This document shows, one piece after another, positions 49,801-60,088 of a stretch of DNA of 64,000 bases (its first letter is position 1; every line of letters starts with the position of its first letter). The notes beneath the pieces are model-generated. The model made no database searches and had not been told where the DNA came from. It saw nothing but the letters and a program-made list of their open reading frames with translations. The position numbers and the translations under genes were made by a program. The DNA comes from Bilabrum cf. latius (taxonomy: Eukaryota), in assembly GCA_965178125.1 (NCBI GenBank), contig OZ237755.1, positions 434,001-498,000 on the forward strand. The letters run 5' to 3'.

Positions 49801-52800
49801 ACAGTGCCACTGGGACTGAAGCTACTAGTAGTACCAATGTGCAAAGTTCTGCAGAGAGTGATGCAAGAGGCGTACCAGACGGCGGCGCAGTGCCAGCGCT
49901 TGAATCACCGAAAGCTACGGCTGCCTTGGACGAAGCCTAGGAGGCAGCCGCTCGAGCGCAGAGGGATGCAGAGTCGCTTGCGGCTGAGGTTAAGTAGCAG
50001 CAAGACAGGCTCGCTGAGCTGCACCACGAGCTTGAAGAGCGTCGGAATGAAGGCGAGGAAGCCAAGGCCTAGGCAGAAGAAGCGAACCAGCGGGCTGGCA
50101 AGATAGCAGAGCATGCAAAAGAGGTGAGACAGGAGCAAGCAAGGCACGTCGCCCAGCTCGAAGTCGACCTGGCAAGGGCACAAGATCAGGTCAAGGACAG
50201 CGAGTCCCAGCTTGAATCTGCCAACAGGACTATCCGCGAGCTGAGGGCAGATCTCCAGGAAGCTGTGCGCCAGTCTGAATCCGCCAAGGCCAAGGGTGCG
50301 CAAGCAGCAGACGCGGTGCGAGCGCTGGAGCAGACTAGAGCCCATGCACGTGCAGCTGAGCAGGCGAACACAAGGTCTGCAGCGGCTCTTCAATCAACCC
50401 GCGAAGAGCTAGATGGTCTACGAGAAGCTACAGACAGCCTCGCTCGGTCGGTACGGATGTCGATTGGCGGCCTCGGGATTGTGCCTCCAGAGGTGAGCCC
50501 AGAGTAGAGCGAGGATGTGTCCAAGCAAGCGGCTCAATTAGCCGAGGTGTTGAGCTCAAGCGATGTGCCAGGTCTTGCCGAGCAGAGAATCCTTGCGGCA
50601 CGCAGGAGTTCTGTGTTGGATAGGCTGGGTCATCGGCTCAATGCCGCGACTGTGAACATCCTGCCGAGGCCATCGTTCACTTCGTCCGGATCACAGCATC
50701 CAGTGGCGCCACCGAGCCGACAGTTCCGTCAGCAAGAGGCAAGCAAGTAGTACCCAGTCTCAGTTGCCAGCCCGCAAGCACGAGATGCAGCTGGACAGCT
50801 GACTAGTCACGGTATCTTCGGGGCAACCGCAGTGCGAAGTCCCGGTGAGCAGCAGCAGGCCGCCGCAAGCCCTGCAGGGTCGACAAATTCTTGGGACGAA
50901 GGTTCGTCACTTCAAGAGCCCAATCCTGCTGGTAAGTAGCAGCGTTCGACGCGTGCAGGAGATTCAGCGCTGGGCAGGAGGCCGGCCCTCGGCTCTGCCG
51001 CAAGCGTTGTGCCAGCAGCCGAAGATGCCATGCAGCTATCCTCGGACGAAGAGTCGGATATCGACTCGCCGACTGCTGCGAGAGGAGGCACTAAGCGGTC
51101 TTTTGGAGGATTTGGCTTGCCACAAGGCGCCAGCAAAGCATCCGCTTGGCAGTCACCTACTCCCAAGCCAGCGTCTGATTCCAAGCAGCAGCAGCGGCCC
51201 GTGAGGTCATCGGAGACGCCAAGATCGCGACACAGTGCTGCTGGGCCAGAGTCCGCGTCATAGCAGTCCGAGGGTATGCTTGTCGATGATATATCTGACT
51301 TTGATGAGACTTCCAGCCCTGACAGGCAGTCAGCAGGGATAGGGTTTGCTGCCAGTCAGACGGGCGCCGCTTCTGGACGCTCACCCATGCGAGAGGCGCG
51401 ACCGCAGCGGACTGGCTGGCGCGGAGAGGCCGCTCTGCCAGACACCGTGCCGCCCGAGGACCTGACCGGAATTCAAACGGTGCCTGGCACCAAGTAGCAG
51501 TCAGACTAGTCCAGCGACTGGGATGCAGACAGCGATGATGAGAAGGATCAAGGAGCAGCAGATGATGGCGGGTACTCCGGGCACGGCATTGCTGTGGTAG
51601 AGCCGGCCATTGGGCGCGATCGCTAGGTAGATGGCCATATTACGGTCACATCGGGACGAACGGGGAAGCCAGGCAGTGGTGCTCACCCTACCGACCAGCG
51701 ACGTATTAGTTCCTCCGAGCTGGACTCAATCGCGAGATCGCAGCCGAGTGGCTCGATTGCAGTCACCACAAGCGAGATGTCTTCCGCGTCTCCCTAGGAA
51801 ATGGATACCCGCGCCTTGGATGGCAGTGCATCGAGCTCCTCCGGTCACGGCGATCGCCTCCAGCGCGAGCGTGATGATGAAGACAGTGACTCCTCTCGCG
51901 ATCGAGCCGTGCACGGTGTGGAAACGAACCAGCGGTCCTTTCGGAACGAAGGCAATTTTGACGCTGCATTTCTTAGTTCTAGCGATGCTGATTACGATGA
52001 CGATAGTAGCAGTCCTGCTCATGGAATCGCTCCCAACGTTCAGGTGGTGACGGCGAAGGAAAGGCGTGGAGGAAGCCACGAGAGCGATTCCTCGGCGGGC
52101 TCGGGCGAGTCTGAGTCTGACGGCAGTGACAGCCTAGACCAAACAGCACAGGGAGCCCGGTCCAGAAATGGCAGTGCTTGGAGCGACAAGCGCAAGGGGC
52201 AGGCTGCAGAACCTGAGGGGAGGAGGCACCCGAGGGAGCTGGCGGAACAGAGGTCGGGGTCATGGGGCGAATTCGTCGCCGAGCCGTCCGATGGTGACTC
52301 CTCCTCCCCAATGGCTGGCACAGCAACCAGTGCGGTGCACGACGCCGTTGCACGTTCCCCACAGATACGCGACGAGAGAACGCCACCCAGCCCAGCCATT
52401 CGCACCGCTATGGATGATCGGTCACCGATAGTTGAGAGGGTCCAGCCGTTGCAATCTCCAGGCGGTAGCGAGGGGAGGTCATCGCAGCGAACGCGAATCC
52501 CCGAAAGGAGTGGGGGTGGGTCATCAGAGGCCCGCAGCGGGTGGGAGCGAAGCGCCTTTGGGAGGTCAGCGGTGAGCGGGCACCTCGACGGCCAAGCACG
52601 AAGCGATGAAGTGCTTGAGCAGCCGGTCAAACATGACCAGCAAGAAGAGAACTGGGCAGATCGGCCCGCAGGAGCCGATGAGCAATCACCGAGTATGCGC
52701 CCGATGAGAAGCAGTCCCGGCCAACCGGGTGGGGCAGACAGGGCTGCTGCCTCAACTGAATCGCCTCAAGATGTCACATCCAAAGAGCTTGATGAGTCTT

Positions 52801-54383
52801 CAACTGGGGCTGCGGTACAGGTTCAACACCCAAGTGCAATACAGGGAGGCAGCTCCTCCCCAAGCAGGGGTGCCACGTACCCTGATGCAGGTGCTGATGT
52901 GGCGCGAAGGCAGCAGGCACGGAGACTAGCGATGTCATTGCGTGAGTGGCAGCAGCAGGTATCCCAGCTCGACGCGCGGTACCTGAGCTAGCTACGTCGA
53001 TGCAGGCAAATCAACGACGCCGTGGCTGTACTGGCTGGCACTCTGTGCCTGTTGCAGAATGAGCCGCCCAGCTGGAGGAATGCACAGAGTCTCCTTCACA
53101 GGGCAGGCATTCGGGCAGCGCTCGTGGACATTCACCCCGACGAGATCTCTGACAAGACTCGAGGAATCGTCTCGAAGCTCATCGAGACCAAGAACGTTCG
53201 AAAGTACCTGAGGGACCCGGACCAGTGCGACCCCCAGACCAAGCGGGCTGAGTACGTGCTGATTTCCTGGAGCATAGCCCTGATCGATGCTGCGGAATGG
53301 ATCTCGCTGGACCCTGCCAATCTGCACACTTGGCGAGAGATCGAGGACGAAGGAGTGGCCGGTCACCTTCACGCAGAGGGGATTCACGGCGCGCCACAAG
53401 CCGCAGGCGGCGGGGCTCCGGTCGAGCAATCCAGCAGCGGCTCGGAGCGATTGCGAATCCGTGACGTGACTGCGAGATCATCGCAAGCTTCCGAACGCTC
53501 CAGCGCGCATTCGGCTCGAATGAGTGGAGCAGGCGGAAGCCCAAAGAAGCTCAAGGATGTCGCGCCGATCGGCACAGAGCCAGCGATTCACAGGCGAGTG
53601 GTGTCAGCACCTACTGAAGAAGACAACCCAACCGTGATGGTGAGGCGAGGTGGCGTGGAGATTGCGGTACCCGCTGATGGGGGGCCCCATGGAGCTGCAA
53701 GCCCAGGGCGAGGGTCCGGTATCCAGCCTCACACCGGCTCAGGGTCTGCAAGCCGAGGCGGGTTGAACGGTAGCGAGGAGGGATCCGTGCAGACACCACC
53801 GCGCGGGCGATCCATGTCACGCGGGGACAGGGTGGCAGGCGGGTCTGGTGAGGTACCTGCAGCCTCGGGGGCGGGTGCAGCGGGTGCACCTGCGCTTGTG
53901 CCAAAGGTGCCTCGGCTACCGCCAGCCGATGCTATGCGCGAGTTTCAGCAAGGGTACTTGGTTCGGAAATATGATGCTGGTGGATGGTCCATCTTCGGCA
54001 ACAAGGTGAAGCCGCGGCTGCTGTGGCTCGACCGTTCGCCTGCAGTGACTCGAGTGTGCTGGACGAAGCCGGAAGCAAGCATAGCTGAGATTGCGGATGA
54101 CATCGGTAAGCAAAGGCAGGTCCTGAAACAGTCTGGGGGCCGTGGGTTCAGCAAACCGGCCGAGCCCGACACAGCGATCAAGCAGTCCCACGTGGCGAAG
54201 CTGACGCTCGGTAGAACCACTGAGCTCTTAAAAACTCAGGCACCGGAAGCAGACGAGCCCCTCTGCTTCAGCATTCACACGAGGGAGCGCTCGTTTGACT
54301 TTAGGGCGCCAACACAGGCGCAGCGTGATCACATCGTGAGCTGCATCAGTACGGTGGTGGGCTGCCCCGTGGCGGCCACATGA
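46857..54383 (+). CDS. Very large coiled-coil protein with C-terminal PH domain, ~2508 aa
   Basis: Eleven ORF fragments (47001 to 53022) in one frame separated by TAG only. Coiled-coil stretches at about 47500-49200 and 49930-50460. PH-like C-terminus GYLVRKY...KPRLLWLD...VCWTK...LGRTTELL...LCFSIHTRERSFDFRA. ATG 46857 follows an upstream in-frame TGA. TGA stop. Confidence 0.8.
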
Positions 54384-54466
54384 TCCTGGAGCGTAGGCCA
54401 ATTCTGCTGCTTGTGCGTACATCTGGTCTGTTCATTCAACACGCCCCTCATCCATTTGGAGCCAGT

Positions 54467-57400
54467 TCACACCATCTCCACTTCTCGGCGTTCACCGCCC
54501 TCGTCCTGCTCGCCACCCGTTCGTCCTGTGGCTTTTGACTCATGGGAGCCCTAGACCTAGCCCTGCGGACTGGTGGCATCGTCAGCGCCGCCCTCCTCCG
54601 CATCATCATCCTCCTCCTCGACGAGAATCGGCCCGGGGCCGATCGTCGCTAGAAGCACAGGCAGCACAAACACAGCGTGCAGCAGCCCAAGGATGATTAC
54701 TGCTCCAAGAAGCTGGGCAAACACCTCAAATATGTACGAGCTGGCGCCAGCATACAGCAGTGCCAGTCCCAGCAGTGAGCTGAGTCCACCTTGGAAGACT
54801 GGCCGCCCCATGTTTTTCAGTGCCGAAATCGCGCGCTCGTGCCGCATAGTGCCCCCGAAGCAAGGCTCGTCCTGCCAGCGCAGTGCCACGCTCTTCTGTC
54901 CCGCAATAGACCCCGCGTCGGCGTGCTTGTGCTTGCCACCACTCGCCAGGAAGGCGTGGGTCACGTGTGCCACAGCATCAACGGACAGTCCGATGGCCAG
55001 CACCAAGTTGATACTGCTGATGGAGTTCAGCTTGATGTTGACTGCATACATGAATCCAAACAGCATGACTAGCACAGATGCAAGCGCTAGCACAACGATG
55101 CCAATTGCGTTCAGCCTGGGCAGGAGCACTGCAGCCACGCAGAGGATAGCGGCGACTGCCAGGAAGACGGTCTGCAGGGTCGAAGGGACGATGATTGCAA
55201 ACTGTTCAAAGAATACAAGCTGCTCGAGCGAAAGTACGATCGAGTCCGCGTTGATATTTTCGCCGCTTTCTCGTTGGATCCGCTTGGACTCCTCCTCTAG
55301 GGTCTTGCGCAGCGAGATCATCGCGTCTGCTTGTTCCTGGGAGCCATCCAGCGTACGCGAGCGGACCGTCATCAAGGTGCCCGCAATTTCGATCTCAGTG
55401 CCGGCTTGAATGGCAGCGACTACCTGCGGGGTGTCTGCACCTGGTTTGTAGATATCACCGCTGGAGGGATCCCGGAACGAGATCGAGTCAGCGACCCTTC
55501 CGCTTGCAGCGGGGTTGGACAGGAATGCGGCGAGGTGGCCTCGCAGGGCGGCAGCATCGAAATTCTCCGTGGATAGACCGGTCTGTAAGCCCTCCAAGAA
55601 CTGATGAAAGGGCCCAATCCATATTGTATCGGAGCTCTCCGCGAAATCGTCTGCTGCCACATAGGCAGGCCCAAGTGAAGCCATGGCCGAGCGCACGGCA
55701 GCGAGGCCGTAGTCCACGTGGTCGCTCTAGCCCGGGCTGGGGTTGGGAGCCACCACGTCGAACGGAATACCAAGATTGTAGAACTCAATCTGCGCGTCCT
55801 AAGCATCGATGAAGAAGTGACCGTTGGGAGCGAGCAGCTGGAGGTCGAGCCCTTGTTCGACGTGCACGAAGCCGTAGATGGAACCGCCGAGCATGGCAAG
55901 CCACAGCACAAACACGACTACTTTCCCGGGGGTAGAAAGCACCAAAGGGCCAAGAAACTCTGCAAATGCTAGATCCCACCAGGCACCCACGTAATTCTCG
56001 TCCGTCTTGCCAGAGGTGCCTACCGTCGAGCTTGGATGCTGGGTGACCGAGGCAGCGCTACTCTCGCCCGCCCCATCACCTGAACCATGTTTCGAGGCAC
56101 TCTCAGCAATAACTTGAGCTTGATCTGCATCAAAAGACACAGGAGCCGACGCCCTTGGCTCCGTACTGCCTGCAGGGAGGGCGCCATTGCTGGCAGCCTT
56201 GCCATTCACCTCTGTCGTCTCGCTGGCTGGAACACTTGCAGCGACCCCTTGAGCATTTGACTTGTTAGGCCCGCCAGGCGACTTGGCCGCGGGGTCTTGC
56301 GCCGGAGCGGATTTGGCGCCGTCCTCTGTCGGCGAATCGTAGCCGCTGCCTGCCTCGTCTTGTGCCGACTCCACCGGTTGGCAGGTGATGCTAGACAGCC
56401 CAGCCTCCTCCCTCCTGGCGTCAAGGACCATCAAAGGGGCGAAGACGAGCAGCATGCTAAAATAAGCAAAGAATAAGCACGCCGCCGTGAAGGCACAGAA
56501 TATCCTGACAGAGTTGAACGGAGAAATGCCACCAAGCCCGAACGCAAGAACGTCGGTAGTCGTCGTCAATGTGATGGCAACGCTGCGATACGATTTAAAC
56601 AGAGCAATACGAAAATACTGTAGCGTAAATATGGGATCAATACAAGCCCATTACAGCTCTACAGGGCACAGAATGAAGCAGAAATGCGAGCAATACGTGG
56701 CAGCAAGGCAAGTGCATTGGCGAAGCCGAGCTCACCCAGCATCTCTCAGCGTCTCCCGCATCCTGACCTCGGCGCTGTGCCAGGAAGGGGTGCGCAAGTA
56801 CGTGGCAGTCAGCACGAGCGCATTATCAATGCCGAGTGCTAGCAACAAGAACGGCGACACCCCGACGATAGACACGAACGGCAGGCCGGCAAAGGAGCAA
56901 ATGCCGAACCCCGCAGGGATGGCTATCGCAGTGGCAAGCACGCCGCCCTGCGCCAGGATGCTCTTGTTCCTGACAGGATCGGGAGAGAAGGAAAGGATCG
57001 ACACCAGCACGCACAGCATGACGAATGTCAGAGATATGAAGAGGAAATCGCCAGATGTGCTCGCCTCAAGCGCGTCGTCAACGGCTCGTCCCGAGTCCCG
57101 GGTCATGATGTACCCGTCGGGGAACGTCCCATCCCTCCTGGCCTTATCCTCCCACGCCTCCAGCCCATCTGTGAATGCGAGCTCCCATGCGCTCACCAGC
57201 TCTTCTGTGACCTCATCATCGCGGTCGTAACTGAGCCTGTAGGTCGCGCGGAGCGCCTCTGCACCCACCGCCACCTGCCCGTTCTGGCTGAGAACAGGGT
57301 CACCCAGCCTGGTCGGAACCAGGATTCCAGACCCAGTCGATGGATCTATGCACACTGGAAAAGAGAGCGGTACCGATTCGTTCGGTACAAACATCTGGTC

Positions 57401-57892
57401 GGCGTTCCACTGTGGCAGGCAGCGGGTGGGAATGTCCGTGGCGCAGTCTCCGCTGGGCTCTCGTTCGCAAACGTCATCGTACCGAATGGTTCGACCGTGC
57501 GCATCTGTCTCTAATTGCAAGACTTCTGCGTGTATTCGATTAAGCAAATCGATGCCTGTCGGGTCCCATACATTCGATCTATCCTCTTTGAAAACAATGA
57601 CCACGCCGGAACCGCTGGAATTGAAGGGAAACGTTTCTCGCATCACCTCCCGGTCCTAGTGGGCCTGAGAGTCAACAGGTGTGAACAAGAATTCGCTGTC
57701 GTTGTTCTAAGTCAGGAGTGCCATCCCACTCCCAAGAATTCCGATTGCCACAAAGTAGCTCCCCATCATCAGCAATAACGTTGTTGCGCTAGAACGACCA
57801 AGGAACGTCCCATACCGAGCAAAGCAGGCTTCAAGCGTGTGAACAGGCACAGTCGGGGAACACGATGCGCATGGGTCGTCTGGTTTGCTCAT
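54467..57892 (-). CDS. Patched/NPC1-family RND transporter with sterol-sensing domain, ~1090 aa
   Basis: Exons 57892-56736 and 56582-54467 (intron GTGAG...CGCAG). SSD motifs PFLLLALGIDNAL, ETLRDAGVAITLTTTTDVLAF, VRIFCAF. Second TM bundle LNSISSINLVLAIGLSVDAVAHV and GLLHAVFVLPVLL. Six in-frame TAG. TGA at 54467. Confidence 0.9.
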
Positions 57893-58173
57893 CGTATGCG
57901 CGGCAAAACTAAATTCCGCTGGAGATGCACTGCTGGGGTAACCCCGGCTTTCAATCCAATCTACGCGGAACCGGGCGGTATATTAACTAAATTACAACAA
58001 TTTTAGCAGCAAAAATTATTCAATGGAAACGCAGTTCGTATGCTCTAGCCATTGATTGTGATCCGCTAGTCATATACCAGTTCCATTGGCAGATTTCTGC
58101 ACGGTACAATAGCTATCCGGCAGCAGGATGAGAAAATGGGTATAGACGCACAAGACTAGCCTAGGAGCCGGTC

Positions 58174-59840
58174 ATGAAGTCTTCTATTGCTATGGCGTGC
58201 ATTGGGGCATCTATTGCGCTGGCAGCGTCGTATCCTCCGGCACCTGCAAGCTGCACAGGCACCCCGAACACTATCCCCGTGGATACCTCAACGCCAACCT
58301 TCGTGTCCAGAGCTGGCAATGGCACTCGGTGGTCCATTCAACCTGCTGGTATGAAGGTACCTCTCAACGTGTTTCACTTGTCAGGAACACCGGCCGAGAT
58401 GGGGAAGGTGAGACAACTCTGCTAATCATTTTGACGCAGCTGCAGGCACTGCATTAAACTCCGCACGGGCGTACTTTCCGTGCCATCGATAGACTGGAGC
58501 ATGGTAATCTCACTGTGCTGATGCAACGGCAGATCATTCTGAATCTCGCATCCGTCTCCCCAAAGTCGTTGTTTGGCGATCCGAGTTCCCGCAGTCTTAC
58601 GCCATGCTTGCCAGGCAGGAGATGCTCAAGATTGTGCCCGAGTTTTACGATTATGTTGACGGAGAGATCGCACAGTACTTGGAATGGCTGCCGCCCGCGG
58701 TTCGCAAGGCTGTGGAGCAGTGGGGTATTTCAGCTGGTGAGGCCAAGACCTTAGATCTAGGCCTTTTGGCAAGAACGGCACCTGTCGAACTCATGTATTT
58801 GCAGCATTATCTGTTTCGCCGGGCCAAGCAATGCACCGGTGTTTGTTTTGCACACGTATTTCCTCGCAGCCCTCAACATCACCCTGGACGCCACCCGGGA
58901 GTTCATCCCCGACCGCTTCTTCGAGATGGCCCACGCCATCGAGGACGAAGTCGGCTTCCCGCGGGACCACGTCCTCAAGCTGTCCCTGTTCCCTGAGCTC
59001 ATCAAGATGGGCTGCTCCATGTTCGGCGCGTGGAACGACGCGTCCGCGGACGGCACGGGCCTCCTCCAGCTGAGGGCACTGGACTGGGACTCGGACTCGC
59101 CTGCGCAGCAGTTCCCTGCAGTCATCAACTTCCACCCCTCCGGTGACGGGAACGTCACCGAGCACTCGTACAGCGTCGTGGGCTGGGTCGGTCTCCTGGG
59201 TGCCGTCTCAGGGTATTCCTCCGCCGGCATGGCTTTGTCAGAGAAGGTGTGGCTGTCGTACGACGGCCTGGAGAACATCGTTGGGGTGCCCACCACTTTC
59301 CTGCTCGAGGATATCCTGAGGCATGACCTCGACACAGACCAGTCCCTGGCACGGATCGCCAGCGCCAACCGCACCTGCTCCATCTTTATCGGCCTTGGCG
59401 ACGAGTACAACAACGAGTTTAAGGTGATCGAGTACGGCTATGAGCACGTCAACATCTGGAACTGGAGGACCTGCCCCACGTGGGAGAACCACGACCGCTT
59501 CACGGACCTCGTGTTCGTCGACAAGCACGTGTAGCCCTCGACGCACCCCTGCCTCAACGACCTCATGCACCAGCTGTACGGTGACCTGGACGCGGCCGCC
59601 ACCGTGTACGTCACCTCCCTCTTTGAGACAGGTGACACCCACATCGCCATCTACGACTTCGAGGCGAAGGAGATGTACGTCTCCAACGCAGCTCCAACCA
59701 ACGCCTCCGCGATTGCGGCCACCTTGGGCGATGAGGCGGCTGCCAAGGCCCTCAAGGATAACAAGGCGTACAACCAGCCGTTCGTGAGGTTCGACATGAA
59801 CTGGATGTGGAACGCCTCCCTGGCCACCGTGCAGGGCTGA
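58174..59840 (+). CDS. Acid-ceramidase-like Ntn-hydrolase (Dictyostelium dcd1-like), secreted/lysosomal, ~448 aa
   Basis: Exons 58174-58407, 58595-58736, 58870-59840. Signal peptide MKSSIAMACIGASIALA, HLSGTPAEMGKSY, PELIKMGCSMFGAW (candidate nucleophile Cys), LQLRALDW, SGYSSAGMALSEK, RTCSIFIGLGD, DKHV[TAG]PS. TGA stop. Confidence 0.8.
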
Positions 59841-60088
59841 GCTCGACGCCATTCATGGGTGCCATGGTGGCAAGATCGGTGCTTGATTTATTCATGATGT
59901 GAAAGCCAGCTCGGCTGGACCAGCCAGCCTGAGGATAGCTGTCGAAATTGGGAGCTCTCCTGATGCGGTGGTCGGGCCCTGCGCAAAGCTCAAAATGTGC
60001 ATGCATGATGCTTTGACGCGTAGCAGATTCTGTTTCGTTCAATATATTCTGTCGTAAAGCTCCCAGCCAGCCCCACTCATCGCTGTCG

